NCBI GenBank assembly: GCA_030523245.1
Contig: JAUNIW010000004.1
Coordinates: 1-60,358, forward strand
DNA: 60,358 bases
Reading direction: 5' to 3'
Source: Pseudomonadota bacterium
GTDB lineage: Bacteria > Pseudomonadota > Alphaproteobacteria > RF32 > CAG-239
A program made the position numbers and the translations under genes. The notes below the pieces were generated by a model that ran no database searches, was not told where the DNA came from, and worked only from the letters and a program-made list of their open reading frames with translations. This document shows positions 17,660 through 27,873 of this stretch, in pieces; position 1 is the first letter of the stretch; every line of letters begins with the position of its first letter.

Positions 17660-18151
17660 ATGAATAAAAAAAGATTTTGTTTTGCTCCGGTTGTCGGTCC
17701 GGATACCAGATTTTTGGTTATAGGTACAATGCCGGGAGAAGCCTCTCTGCAAGCCGGAGAATATTATGCTTTTAAACATAACGCTTTTTGGCCGATAATT
17801 TTTAAATTAGCGGGACAAACGGTACAAACGTATGAAGAAAAACTGCTTCTGCTGCAAAAATTAAAGATTGGTTTATGGGATAATCTGAAAGCCTGCGAGC
17901 GGGAAGGAAGTTTGGACAGTGATATAAAATCAGCACAACCGAATGATTTTGAAAGTTTGCTTTGTCGTTGCAAGAAAGTAGAGAAGCTTTTATTTAACGG
18001 GCAGAAATCTTTTTCATTTTTCAAAAAGTTTCATCCGGATTTGTTAAAAAAATATTCTTATGCCGTTCTGCCCTCAACGAGTCCGGCAAATGCCCGATTT
18101 TCTTTTGCGCAAAAATTTGAAGAATGGCAAAAAGAATTTAGTGAAATTTGA
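17660..18151 (+). CDS. uracil-DNA glycosylase superfamily protein (DNA-deoxyinosine glycosylase-like)
   Basis: 163-aa ORF with motifs LVIGTMPGEASL, NAFWP and LPSTSPAN, which are typical of the small UDG-superfamily hypoxanthine/deoxyinosine glycosylases. Confidence 0.72.
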   Translation: MNKKRFCFAPVVGPDTRFLVIGTMPGEASLQAGEYYAFKHNAFWPIIFKLAGQTVQTYEEKLLLLQKLKIGLWDNLKACEREGSLDSDIKSAQPNDFESLLCRCKKVEKLLFNGQKSFSFFKKFHPDLLKKYSYAVLPSTSPANARFSFAQKFEEWQKEFSEI

Positions 18152-18836
18152 GTGCTATAGTACAGTTATCCTTCCGGCAGGAGCAGGCTGTTTTGGCTTC
18201 GGTTCTGGTCAGGGGAACGGCTGATATTATACCCATATCTTTGGATTCAAAGAAATAATTATCCGGTTCGGATAACAATTGGGTTTTTAATTTAAAAATA
18301 CCGTTGTATCTGTTATTCGCATCCAGATAGGAGACTTCTATACCGACATAATTAGGAATAAGAGACTTCCAGTCATGTCGCGCCATCTGGCGGCATTCGC
18401 GTGCGGATAATCCTGTAAAAAGCATAATGTAGGCGCTTGTACCGTCATAAATTTCGCGATATTTTGCCGGATTTTTATATAGATTGAAATAAAGCAATTT
18501 TTCTTTAAGGGTATAAAAGGCTTCATAAAAGAAAAGATGTCCGCCGAATCGGTTAAAAACAGAAAAAATTTGGTTGTTCCTCTGCGTATCTATATCAAAA
18601 GGCAGTAAATTATTTAAGGCAACAGCCTCGGTGTTGAAATCTTTATAAGTATTGGAATAAAAACTTTTGATATTGTTGTTTATTGTGTTTACATCATTAT
18701 ATGTTTTCGCCATTTTGTTCCGTAGATACAGGCTGTTACAAGCGAAATAAATACCAAAAAACACCATGGAAACAGGTATAATAAAATAAAAAAGCCTGAA
18801 AACTTTATTGAAACTGTTTTGTTTGGAACTCAACAT
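18138..18836 (-). CDS. hypothetical membrane-anchored protein, paralogue of 32177-32965
   Basis: One N-terminal TM helix. Shares motifs with 32177-32965: FGG, GLSxRxC...DW, and C-terminal CSCRKDNCTIALKF. ATG at 18836 was chosen; the ORF extends to TTG 18905. Confidence 0.65.
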   Translation of the reverse strand: MLSSKQNSFNKVFRLFYFIIPVSMVFFGIYFACNSLYLRNKMAKTYNDVNTINNNIKSFYSNTYKDFNTEAVALNNLLPFDIDTQRNNQIFSVFNRFGGHLFFYEAFYTLKEKLLYFNLYKNPAKYREIYDGTSAYIMLFTGLSARECRQMARHDWKSLIPNYVGIEVSYLDANNRYNGIFKLKTQLLSEPDNYFFESKDMGIISAVPLTRTEAKTACSCRKDNCTIALKFH

Positions 18837-18959
18837 TTTTGTTCTCAAAAATTTATATATAATAAAACTACCTGACAGAATTAAAGAAAAATACTGTTTT
18901 GTCAAGAAAAATATGTTAATATCAACCGGTTATGATTATAATTTTTATGCCGGAATTTT

Positions 18960-19613
18960 TTAATATTTACGAATAATACCGGAAAGAACACCTTGTATTT
19001 TGACGCGTTCGGCCGAGTATGTCTGTACCTTGTAGTCATTATTACAAGGCAGTAAGTGGATGACGGCATTGTCTTTTTTCAAAACTTTCAGGGTTGCCTC
19101 GTTATTGTCAATCAGGGCAACGACGATTTTGCCATTATCAGCATAGTTTTGCCGGCGGATGATAGCTGTATCTCCATCCATAATTCCGGCGTCTGTCATG
19201 GAATTTCCTTCAATAGTCAGGGCATAATAACTGCCTGTGGAAACCATATCAAAGGGGACCGGAATTGTTTCACATTCGTTAGCCAGTGCTTCAATCGGAA
19301 TACCGGCTGCTATTTTACCGTAAAGCGGGATTTGGGCCGAACTGTTGCGAAGAGCCTGTTCGCGCTTTTTTTCTTCATCAATAACAGCCTGTGGTTTGAA
19401 GCGGGGCAGGCGGATGACTTCCAAAGCTCGAGCTTTGTGCGGCAGTTTACGAATAAAGTTTCTTTCTTCCAGCGAAGTGATTAAAGCGTGTATGCCTGAC
19501 TTTGATTTAAGACCGATGGCATCTTTCATTTCATCAAAAGAAGGGCATTGGCCTGTTTCACGGTTGACCTTATGAATATACATTAAAAGATTGTATTGTT
19601 TTTCTGTCAGCAT
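18960..19613 (-). CDS. lexA: LexA repressor
   Basis: Winged-HTH N-terminus, an A-G cleavage site (KIAAGIPIE), and S24 peptidase motifs (GNSM, ATLK). ATG at 19613 is 7 nt from AGGAG. Confidence 0.93.
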   Translation of the reverse strand: MLTEKQYNLLMYIHKVNRETGQCPSFDEMKDAIGLKSKSGIHALITSLEERNFIRKLPHKARALEVIRLPRFKPQAVIDEEKKREQALRNSSAQIPLYGKIAAGIPIEALANECETIPVPFDMVSTGSYYALTIEGNSMTDAGIMDGDTAIIRRQNYADNGKIVVALIDNNEATLKVLKKDNAVIHLLPCNNDYKVQTYSAERVKIQGVLSGIIRKY

Positions 19614-19633
19614 AAACACACTCCTGAAATTTT

Positions 19634-19648
19634 GTTCTATTTTAGTTC
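19634..19648 (-). promoter_or_regulatory. alphaproteobacterial-type SOS box (GTTC-N7-GTTC) upstream of lexA
   Basis: GTTCTATTTTAGTTC lies 21 nt upstream of the lexA start and reads GAAC-N7-GAAC on the lexA strand. Confidence 0.6.
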
Positions 19649-19682
19649 TGTGTTTTTGCGGAAGTCAAGAAATTTTTTCGGA

Positions 19683-20660
19683 CTATTTGGGTAAGCTTAC
19701 GAATTGTTCACCGATTTTCAAAAACTTTTCGGTACGCAGCTGTTTTAATTTTTCATAGTCTTGAGCGCATAGTTCTTTGAGATTTTTTTCTAAAGAAAGA
19801 CGGAGATTTTCAAAGGTTTGCGCTGTATCCCGATGTGCGCCGCCCACGGGTTCTTTGACAATTTCATCAATGATGCCCAGTTCTTTCAGATTTTGGGCTG
19901 TCAGGTGTAAGGCTTCGGTAGCTTCTTTTGTTTTATCGGCCGAGCGCCATAAAATGGAAGCGCAGCCTTCCGGAGAAATAACGGAATAAATCGAATGTTC
20001 AAGCATTATTACTTTGTCGGCAACGGCAATAGCTATCGCGCCGCCGGAACCGCCTTCACCGATAACGGTAGCAATAACAGGTGTTTTTATTCTCAGGCAT
20101 TTCTCAATAGAAGCAGCAATAGCCTGAGCCTGACCGCGGGCTTCGGCATCTATTCCCGGATAAGCACCGGCTGTATCAACAAATGTCAAAACGGGAAGCT
20201 TAAATTTTTCGGCCATATCCATAAGACGCTGGGCTTTACGATAGCCTTCCGGTTTTGCCATGCCGAAATTATATTTGATACGCGAATCCAAATCGTTTCC
20301 TTTTTCCTGTCCGATAACGACAACGGGAATTTGGCCGAATTTGCCAATACCGCCGACGACGGCAGGATCATCACCAAAACAACGGTCGCCGCACAAAAGC
20401 GTAAAATCGGAAATCAGTGCTTTTATGTAATCTAAACAGTGAGGCCGGTTAGGATGACGGGCAATTTGGGCTTTCTGCCAAGGAGATAAATTTTTATAAA
20501 TATTTTCCATATGCGTCTGTAAATGTTTTTCCAGACGTTTTATTTCTTTGGTGATATCCAAATCTTCGTCTTTGGCAATCATTTTTAAATGCTGAATTTT
20601 TCCTTCAATATCAACAATTGTTTTTTCAAAATCAAGAATGATTGTTTCATTATCGCTCAT
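19683..20660 (-). CDS. accA: acetyl-CoA carboxylase carboxyltransferase subunit alpha
   Basis: Colinear with AccA (LDFEKTI..., PNRPH, FVDTAGAYPG, EGGSGGA). Start set at ATG 20660 (SD GAGGAAAG). The ORF extends to 20684. Confidence 0.93.
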   Translation of the reverse strand: MSDNETIILDFEKTIVDIEGKIQHLKMIAKDEDLDITKEIKRLEKHLQTHMENIYKNLSPWQKAQIARHPNRPHCLDYIKALISDFTLLCGDRCFGDDPAVVGGIGKFGQIPVVVIGQEKGNDLDSRIKYNFGMAKPEGYRKAQRLMDMAEKFKLPVLTFVDTAGAYPGIDAEARGQAQAIAASIEKCLRIKTPVIATVIGEGGSGGAIAIAVADKVIMLEHSIYSVISPEGCASILWRSADKTKEATEALHLTAQNLKELGIIDEIVKEPVGGAHRDTAQTFENLRLSLEKNLKELCAQDYEKLKQLRTEKFLKIGEQFVSLPK

Positions 20661-20830
20661 ACTGTCTTTCCTCACGGTTATCATAACAGCTCGGAGTGTA
20701 GCACATTTTTTTTAAATGTTTAGTCTTTTTTTTATTCTGTGAATGACTGTTGACTTTTTGATAAAAATCTTTGCTATTCGGACAGATACCGCTATAATAT
20801 ATTTTATCGTGTTTCAAAAGGGTTTTGACA

Positions 20831-22210
20831 ATGATGGTTTTTTGTTTTTTTGTTGCGGTGTTTTCATCTGCCAGCTGGTTGATTTATGCCGGTATGTTTG
20901 TTTTTTCCAAATTGGGTGACAGCCGTTTGTGGGAACAGAGTTTTGAGCAGATGCTGCTGGCTTTGGCGGTTGTTTTTCTGCCGGTATTTGTTATCTGGAT
21001 GGTTTTTGGTTTAATCAATCAGTTTTTAATCAACCGCAGCATGAATGCCAAACAAAGCGAACTGCTGACGCAGTTGCAAAAGAATCAGGATTATACGGAT
21101 TTGGTTGTGCGGGTTATGTTGGATGCCGAACATGAAATCAAAGACGGTTTTGTTATCAATAAATTTGATTTGTTTGTTTCTGATATGAATGAAGCTTTAA
21201 GCGAGATTATCCAGCGTTGTAATATTGCATCTTCGGCCCAGATTGAACAGTTGTGGCAAAGAGTAAAGCGGGGCGAAAGATGGGTTCTGGGTAAAGCTAT
21301 TCTGGATGCCAGTAAAAGCCAGAGTACATTTGATGCCTGGGTCAGGGAAAAAGTTAATCGGGATAAGGTTTTCCGCGGTACCATGCTGGAGTTTTGTTCG
21401 CGCTATCAGAATCTGCTTCAGCTTTTGGAAAAACATGACCGGGACAGAATATTTTTACGCATTATCGAAACAGGCGTATTTGGAAAGGTTTATTCGATTA
21501 TTGCACCGTTGAGCGAAGGATTGGGCGGTTTGACGGCCGGTCCGTCTGACAGAATACCTCAGTCCAAGCCGGAAAGAGATTATTCTTCTGTTCTTAAAAT
21601 AGCGACCATGGAAGAACCGGCTGCCAGTGAAACTATTGTAAATGTGGATAAAAATGACGAGGAAGAAGAGTTTCCGCAGCCGAAAACTTCCGTGTTTTCT
21701 CGTTTGAATCCGTTTGGCCGCCGGAAGAATTTTGAGGAAGAAGACGACCACGAAAGGGATCCTTTCTTTAAGGCTTTGCACAACAGTTTTCAGGATGACG
21801 GACATAACGAAGATATTCTGAATAACGGAAAAACGGACAACAGTGTTTTTGAAAAGGAAAGCGAACCGTCTTTAGGAACGGTTTTTGGGGATTCTGTTAC
21901 AGAACAAAGGCTCTCTGTTGAATCAACCGAGCAACCGGCACCGTCTTTAGACAGTGACAGAAAATTTTTTGAAGACAGAGTAACGCCGACTTTCGGCAGT
22001 GTGCAGAATACACTGGACAGTCTGCGCAGCAGTAATGATTCTTTTTCGGCAGAAATACCGGAAGATAAGCGAACGGAGCCGAATTTGAGTACAACTTCTG
22101 TTTTTTCGCAGGAAAAAACAAGTAACAAAGCCGTAAATTCCCAAACCGAAAAAGAGGAAGATTTGGCGTATCCGTTTGGCGGATGGACAGATGAAGAAAA
22201 TTATCGTTAG
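20831..22210 (+). CDS. hypothetical membrane protein with acidic, low-complexity C-terminal half
   Basis: Two N-terminal TM helices, then a helical domain and an Asp/Glu/Ser-rich tail. An alternative TTG start is at 20825. The 3' end overlaps the next gene by 20 nt. Confidence 0.7.
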   Translation: MMVFCFFVAVFSSASWLIYAGMFVFSKLGDSRLWEQSFEQMLLALAVVFLPVFVIWMVFGLINQFLINRSMNAKQSELLTQLQKNQDYTDLVVRVMLDAEHEIKDGFVINKFDLFVSDMNEALSEIIQRCNIASSAQIEQLWQRVKRGERWVLGKAILDASKSQSTFDAWVREKVNRDKVFRGTMLEFCSRYQNLLQLLEKHDRDRIFLRIIETGVFGKVYSIIAPLSEGLGGLTAGPSDRIPQSKPERDYSSVLKIATMEEPAASETIVNVDKNDEEEEFPQPKTSVFSRLNPFGRRKNFEEEDDHERDPFFKALHNSFQDDGHNEDILNNGKTDNSVFEKESEPSLGTVFGDSVTEQRLSVESTEQPAPSLDSDRKFFEDRVTPTFGSVQNTLDSLRSSNDSFSAEIPEDKRTEPNLSTTSVFSQEKTSNKAVNSQTEKEEDLAYPFGGWTDEENYR

Positions 22211-23993
22211 TCTGATTTGTCTTGTTCTCTGGTTGTATTCTAATCAACCGGCAACGGCTCTTGTTTCCGATTGTATCGCGTTATATGGCGAATCGAAATA
22301 TAAAAAAGGTTTTCGTGCTTTTGATTATGTAAATGCCGACGCACCTCAGGGCGGTAAAATCGTTATGCCGGCATACGGAACGTTTGATAACTTTAATCCT
22401 TATATATTTAAAGGGGTGGCTGCAACTTTTGTTAATTCTTTAAGCTTTGAAACGTTGGGTTTTTCTCCGATAGACGATCCTTTTACGGTTTATCCGCTTT
22501 TGGCCGAGAAATTTGATTTTCCGGAGGATAAATCGTATATCGGTTTTATTTTGAATCCTGAGGCAAAGTTTTCGGACGGTTCAGCGGTTTTGGCGGATGA
22601 TGTTATCTTTAGTTTTAAGGCAATTACGGAAAAAGGAGCTCCGATATACCGGCTTTATTATGCCGATGTTGACCGTGTCGAAAAAATAAATGAGCGGGAG
22701 GTGCGTTTTTATTTTAAGAAAGGGGTTGAAAACAAAGAGTTGCCGTTGATTCTGTCCCAATTTGTAATTTTTTCGGCAAAAGATTGGCAAGGCAAAGATT
22801 TTGCGAAACCTCGGTTAGAGGTTCCTCTGGGCAGCGGTCCGTATAAAGTTTCTGATTTTCAGGTTAACAAATATGTCGAATTAAAGAAAAATTCGGATTA
22901 TTGGGGGAAAAATCTGCCGGCCAGACGCGGTTTTTTTAATTTTGAAACAATCCGGTATGATTATTATCAGGATACAACGGTAACCTTGCAGGCTTTGTTT
23001 TCCGGCGATATTGATGTCAGGGAAGAGTATATTGCTAAAATATGGATGACCGGTTATGATAATGATTTGGTTAAATCGGGAAAAGTTAAAAAAGAAAATC
23101 TGGAACATCATAATCCGGCAACGCTACAGAATTTTGCTTTTAATTTGCGCCGGAAAAAATTTGCAGACAGACGGGTGCGACAGGCTCTTGATCTGGCTTT
23201 TAATTTTGAATGGGCTAACGCCAAGCTTTTTTATGGTCAGTACAAACGCTTGTCCGGATATTTTACGAATACGGAAATGGAAGCGGACGGTGTGCCGCAG
23301 GGACGGGAAAAAGAAATTTTATCAGCTTATAAAGACAGACTTCGTCCTGAAATTTTTACCGAGCCTTTCCGGCAGACGTTTTATGAAGATATCAATAATC
23401 CGCGGGAAAATCTTAAAAAAGCCGTTTCCCTGCTGAAACAAGCCGGTTATGATTTTGTTGACGGTAAAATGGTTTATCTGGAAGACGGAACACCTTTGGA
23501 AATAGAAATTTTAGGAAATACGGCAAATGGTTCCAGCTTTACGAAGGTTATGCTGCCTTTTATCGAAAATCTGCGTAAAATAGGTATTAAAGCTGTTTTT
23601 CGCAATGTCGAAGTTAATATTTTTAAAAACAGGCTGGATAATTTTGATTTTGATATGGCTATTATTTCCTATCCGGTCAGTGCGCTCCCCGGAAACGAAC
23701 AACGTGAATATTGGGGAAGCGAATCGGCAGATATCAAAGGAAGCAATAATCTTATCGGTATTAAAAATCCGGTTGTTGATGATTTAATAAAAGGTTTGGT
23801 CGCGGCACAAAAAAAAGAAGATTATGTGGCTTATGTCAAAGCTTTGGACAGAGTGCTTAAAAGTGAAAATTATATGATTTTTCAATGGTATTCTTCTTAT
23901 GACAGAGTTGCTTATCTGGATAAATTCGGTCAACCGGATGCGGATAAAAAAATTGGGTTTCAGCCGTATTTATGGTGGGTAAAGGAAAATTGA
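22191..23993 (+). CDS. ABC transporter substrate-binding protein, family 5 (YejA-like)
   Basis: Signal peptide [17 protein letters not shown], with SBP_bac_5-like length and motifs. Start set at ATG 22191. Confidence 0.85.
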   Translation: MKKIIVSLICLVLWLYSNQPATALVSDCIALYGESKYKKGFRAFDYVNADAPQGGKIVMPAYGTFDNFNPYIFKGVAATFVNSLSFETLGFSPIDDPFTVYPLLAEKFDFPEDKSYIGFILNPEAKFSDGSAVLADDVIFSFKAITEKGAPIYRLYYADVDRVEKINEREVRFYFKKGVENKELPLILSQFVIFSAKDWQGKDFAKPRLEVPLGSGPYKVSDFQVNKYVELKKNSDYWGKNLPARRGFFNFETIRYDYYQDTTVTLQALFSGDIDVREEYIAKIWMTGYDNDLVKSGKVKKENLEHHNPATLQNFAFNLRRKKFADRRVRQALDLAFNFEWANAKLFYGQYKRLSGYFTNTEMEADGVPQGREKEILSAYKDRLRPEIFTEPFRQTFYEDINNPRENLKKAVSLLKQAGYDFVDGKMVYLEDGTPLEIEILGNTANGSSFTKVMLPFIENLRKIGIKAVFRNVEVNIFKNRLDNFDFDMAIISYPVSALPGNEQREYWGSESADIKGSNNLIGIKNPVVDDLIKGLVAAQKKEDYVAYVKALDRVLKSENYMIFQWYSSYDRVAYLDKFGQPDADKKIGFQPYLWWVKEN

Positions 23994-25066
23994 TGCGGAC
24001 ATATATTTTTAAAAGACTTTTGTTAATCCCTTTAACCCTGTGGGGTATTATTACCGTAAATTTCGCCATTATTCAGTTGGCGCCGGGCGGTCCGGTTGAT
24101 TATGTTTTAGCACAGTACCGCGGGATGAATACAGATGCAAAATCCCGTCTGACCTCGGGCGGTGAAATGGTACACAAATCCGATAATTCCGCTTATACGG
24201 GCGCACAAGGTGTTCCGGATGATTTGGTTAAGGCGCTGGAGCAGCAGTTCGGTTTTGATAAACCGTGGTATTACCGGTATGCCAAGATGATTAAAGATTA
24301 TATTTGTTTTGACTTTGGTAAAAGCTATTATCGGGATAAGACGATTATAGAGTTGATAAAAGAACGGATGCCGGTTTCTGTATCGCTGGGGGTTTGGTCC
24401 ACTTTGATTATTTATCTGATAGCTATTCCGCTCGGTATAAAAAAAGCCCAGTCGGACGGTTCAAAATTTGATACGGCAACATCTTTTATCGTGGTTATCG
24501 GTTCGGCCATGCCGGTATTTTTGCTGGCTGTATTTTTTATTGTATTTTTTGCGGGTGGAATTTACTGGCAATGGTTTCCGCTGCGGGGGCTTGTTTCGGA
24601 AAATTGGGATACTTTGCCGATGCTCGGAAAAATAACGGATTATTTATGGCATATTGCGCTGCCGGTTTTGACAATGGTTGTCGGCGGCTTTGCCAGTCTG
24701 ACGATGCTTACAAAAAATTCTTTTTTGGATGAAATAAATAAACAATATGTTTTAACGGCCAGAGCCAAAGGGGTTCCGGAGCAGCGTATTCTTTACGGGC
24801 ATGTTTTCCGTAATGCCATGTTGATTATTATTGCCGGTTTTCCGGCCATGCTGATAAAAATGCTGTTTACCGGAGCTTTGCTGATAGAAGTTATTTTTTC
24901 ACTGAACGGTCTGGGGCTTTTAGGTTATGAAGCTATTACAACGCGGGATTATCCGGTTGTTTTCGGTACATTATATATCTTTGGCCTGTTGGGACTGGTT
25001 TTAAAACTTATCAGTGATTTAACCTATTCTCTGGTAGATCCGCGTATCAATTTTGACCACAACTAA
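23993..25066 (+). CDS. ABC transporter permease (YejB/OppB-like)
   Basis: The [19 protein letters not shown]-terminus is typical of OppB/YejB permeases, and the protein has 6 TM helices. The start overlaps the upstream stop (TGATG). Confidence 0.88.
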   Translation: MRTYIFKRLLLIPLTLWGIITVNFAIIQLAPGGPVDYVLAQYRGMNTDAKSRLTSGGEMVHKSDNSAYTGAQGVPDDLVKALEQQFGFDKPWYYRYAKMIKDYICFDFGKSYYRDKTIIELIKERMPVSVSLGVWSTLIIYLIAIPLGIKKAQSDGSKFDTATSFIVVIGSAMPVFLLAVFFIVFFAGGIYWQWFPLRGLVSENWDTLPMLGKITDYLWHIALPVLTMVVGGFASLTMLTKNSFLDEINKQYVLTARAKGVPEQRILYGHVFRNAMLIIIAGFPAMLIKMLFTGALLIEVIFSLNGLGLLGYEAITTRDYPVVFGTLYIFGLLGLVLKLISDLTYSLVDPRINFDHN

Positions 25067-26034
25067 AGCCGGCAGATAAGTCCGGCAACTTCGGCTGCAG
25101 CATTCAGGCTTTTTTGCGGTTTAAAACTGTCCGCCTGAGGGGAATCCAATAAGACAGCGCAACCGGTGTCACACAGGGACTGAACAAAACGCAGATGTTT
25201 CGGGGTAAGCCATTTGCTGCCGGTAAACAGATAAATGGGTTTGCCCGTACCGGTAGCTTCACAGCACATGGAAACGGAATCACCGGTAACAATAAGATTG
25301 TCCGCGCAAGCTAAAAAACCGCTGTAAGGGTTTTCAGAGGTATCTCCCCACAAATAAGAAAATTGCGGGATGTCTTTCAGTTGTTCCAGAATAAGACGTT
25401 CTGCATCTTTGCCGGTGCGTCGGGAAGTCGTAATCAGCAGAGAACCGCCGATTTTTTTCTTGAGGCTGCGGACGGCTTTACCGAGTGCCAGCGCATTTTC
25501 ATTTGAAAAAGGTTTTCCTTTTATGGCACCGCCGATAATCAGGGCTGTTAACGGTTTTGGTAAATCGGCAAATTTTTTTTGCCATTTGTTTTGGGCTTCT
25601 TGCAGGTAACTTCCGGTTATACGATGAGGACATCCCGTTATATAATGGATATTCGGGGCGAAGCCTTTGTTTTTATCATGTTCGGGAACAATAACCAAAT
25701 CAAAGTCAGATAAACCTGTTTTTCCGGGGTGCATGAGCTGGATGAGTTTTGTTTGCGGATTTTGCTTTTTTATATAACGGGCAACAGGTGCTGTGCGGCG
25801 GCTGATGGAGAGGACATAATCCGGCCAGGGAGCCGCTATTTTTTTCCGGCTGTCTGCATCCAAACCGATAAGCGTACGTCCGCGCAACCAATTCGGTAAT
25901 CCGGCCGTTTTGGTATAAATAAGTTTTTTTTCAACAACGGAAATATCTTCCGGCAGCATATTCAGAATACCCAAAGCCTGTCCCACGCTGCCGCGGCGGT
26001 CGTCCATTAAAGTCCAAAGAGTTTTTTTCATCAT
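25063..26034 (-). CDS. ELM1/GtrOC1-family protein (putative glycosyltransferase)
   Basis: Starting at [22 protein letters not shown], the sequence resembles the bacterial ELM1/DUF1022 family. The upstream 148 codons of the 482-aa ORF are antisense to a better gene and were rejected. Confidence 0.72.
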   Translation of the reverse strand: MMKKTLWTLMDDRRGSVGQALGILNMLPEDISVVEKKLIYTKTAGLPNWLRGRTLIGLDADSRKKIAAPWPDYVLSISRRTAPVARYIKKQNPQTKLIQLMHPGKTGLSDFDLVIVPEHDKNKGFAPNIHYITGCPHRITGSYLQEAQNKWQKKFADLPKPLTALIIGGAIKGKPFSNENALALGKAVRSLKKKIGGSLLITTSRRTGKDAERLILEQLKDIPQFSYLWGDTSENPYSGFLACADNLIVTGDSVSMCCEATGTGKPIYLFTGSKWLTPKHLRFVQSLCDTGCAVLLDSPQADSFKPQKSLNAAAEVAGLICRL

Positions 26035-26115
26035 GTACCCGCTAAAAAATTTTTTTGATTTTTGAATACTATATGCTATATCAAAAGATAGCAAGCTTTT
26101 TTTACGGGAGGAAAA

Positions 26116-26508
26116 ATGAGGATTGGTTTTCTGATAATGTTTTTGGTTGTGTGCGGCAGTTTGGATGCAGCAGCGCAAATGCAGGCTAATACATTGAACA
26201 GGCAAAGAGCGGAAGAAATGAAAAACAGTCCGGTTGTTAAGTACAGCAGGTCCCTGCTTCCGGTAAATAAAGACCAGAGAATTGCGCGAAATATAATGAT
26301 TGTACGGGAAGTTGTTAATTTCAAAATGGGTGATGAAAAGCTGGAAAAATATTTTGAATATCTGGAAGAAGATAAAGATTATAACAAAAGAATGGATAAA
26401 GTTTTTAAAAAACTGAACAATAATAAACGTCGGGATAGCAGAAACCAGCAAATTATTACTATTTTGAATGATGCCGGCGAGAAGATTTATAATATCATGT
26501 CTAATTAA
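26116..26508 (+). CDS. hypothetical secreted protein
   Basis: 130-aa ORF with a strong SD (GGGAGG) and a signal peptide (MRIGFLIMFLVVCGSLDAAA). Confidence 0.6.
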   Translation: MRIGFLIMFLVVCGSLDAAAQMQANTLNRQRAEEMKNSPVVKYSRSLLPVNKDQRIARNIMIVREVVNFKMGDEKLEKYFEYLEEDKDYNKRMDKVFKKLNNNKRRDSRNQQIITILNDAGEKIYNIMSN

Positions 26509-26580
26509 CAATTGTTTAATATTTTTGGCATATAATTTCCTCTGTAAAGCAGTCTGTATTCGGCTGTAAAGAGAGGAAAT

Positions 26581-26898
26581 ATGAAAAAAGTTTTGATGCT
26601 GTGCCTGTTGGCTCTGGTTTGTGTTTCATGTCAGTCCAATGTTGAAGAAATTAGCGCGGAGCCGGTTTATTCTTCGGATGCCGAGCGTTTTTACCGGAAT
26701 ATTTCAACTAAGGCAATGGGTGAAGATTACGTTGTTTATGAGTATATGGATGTACGTATAGACGACGTGGCAACTTTGGCTTCTCGGTATTGCTTTGAAA
26801 CGACAGAAGGTAAAAAAGCATACCTTCGTGATATTTATATGTATAAAAATCATAAAAGAAGAGCGACTTTTGACTGTGTTAACCTTGCAGCGGAATAG
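26581..26898 (+). CDS. hypothetical lipoprotein
   Basis: 105-aa ORF with SD GAGAGGAAA and a lipobox LVCVSC. Confidence 0.65.
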   Translation: MKKVLMLCLLALVCVSCQSNVEEISAEPVYSSDAERFYRNISTKAMGEDYVVYEYMDVRIDDVATLASRYCFETTEGKKAYLRDIYMYKNHKRRATFDCVNLAAE

Positions 26899-26937
26899 TT
26901 TTATCCCTATATAAAGCTTTAGGGAGAATAATAAAAT

Positions 26938-27873
26938 ATGAGCAGAAATTTATATGATGTTTTAGGTGTCGGCAAAACCGCTTCGGAATCAGAAATTAAA
27001 GCAGCTTATCGTAAACTGGCGCGGCAGTATCATCCGGATTTGAATAAAGATGATAAAACGGCTGCGGATAAATTTAAAGAAATTTCAAATGCTTATGATA
27101 TTATCGGTAATGCCGAGAAACGCAAAAAATATGATAATAATGAAATAGATGCAGATGGTAAACCAACGGGATTTGGGGCCGGTTTTGGCGGTGGCTATCA
27201 AAATTACGGCGGCTATTCCGGAAATCCGTTCAGCGGATTTAAGGCCGGCGGTTTCGGCGGTTCACAGGGTGGTTTTGACTTCTCTTCTATTTTCGGTGAT
27301 GATATCTTTTCGCAGTTTGGCAATGCTTCGCAGGGTGGTTTTGGTCAGCGGACGGCTGCACGCCGTGGTCAGGATATATCTTACAACATGCGGGTAGATT
27401 TTTTAGATGCGGCCAAAGGTGTGGAAAAACAAGTCAATCTGAATGGTAAAACAATCAATGTGAAAATTCCGGCAGGTATGCAAAGCGGTCAGACGATGCG
27501 TCTTAAAGGTCTGGGTAATGTCGGATTGAACGGTGGCGAAAATGGTGATGTTCTGATTACGGTCAATGTTGACGAGCATCCGTATTTTAAAAATGACGGA
27601 TTGGATATTTTGCTGAATTTACCGATTTCGGTTAAAGAAGCCATCAGTGGCGCCAAAATAACCGTGCCGACAATTAACGGAAAAGTTGCCGTCACCGTGC
27701 CGCCTTTTTCTTCCAGCGGTGAAAAACTGCGCTTAAAAGGGCAGGGTATTAAAGCTAAAACAGGTCAGGGTGATGAAATTATCAGCCTGCAGATTATTTT
27801 GCCGAAGGTTAAATCAGAAAATTTGGCAGCCGCTGCCGAAAAAATAGAAAATTATGCCGTCAGGAGTTTTTGA
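26938..27873 (+). CDS. DnaJ-class chaperone without zinc finger (CbpA-like)
   Basis: J domain (YDVLGV...HPD), a G/F-rich linker, and DnaJ C-terminal domains, with no CxxCxGxG repeats. Confidence 0.88.
   Translation: MSRNLYDVLGVGKTASESEIKAAYRKLARQYHPDLNKDDKTAADKFKEISNAYDIIGNAEKRKKYDNNEIDADGKPTGFGAGFGGGYQNYGGYSGNPFSGFKAGGFGGSQGGFDFSSIFGDDIFSQFGNASQGGFGQRTAARRGQDISYNMRVDFLDAAKGVEKQVNLNGKTINVKIPAGMQSGQTMRLKGLGNVGLNGGENGDVLITVNVDEHPYFKNDGLDILLNLPISVKEAISGAKITVPTINGKVAVTVPPFSSSGEKLRLKGQGIKAKTGQGDEIISLQIILPKVKSENLAAAAEKIENYAVRSF

Noticed and set aside
26035-26511. N-terminal 148-codon extension of the 482-aa minus-strand ORF 25063-26511
   Set aside because: The extension translates to low-complexity Ile/Phe/Asn-rich sequence. 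It is exactly antisense to a better plus-strand gene (26116-26508), which has a strong GGGAGG SD and a signal peptide. The ELM1-family similarity begins only at MMKKTLW (26034).
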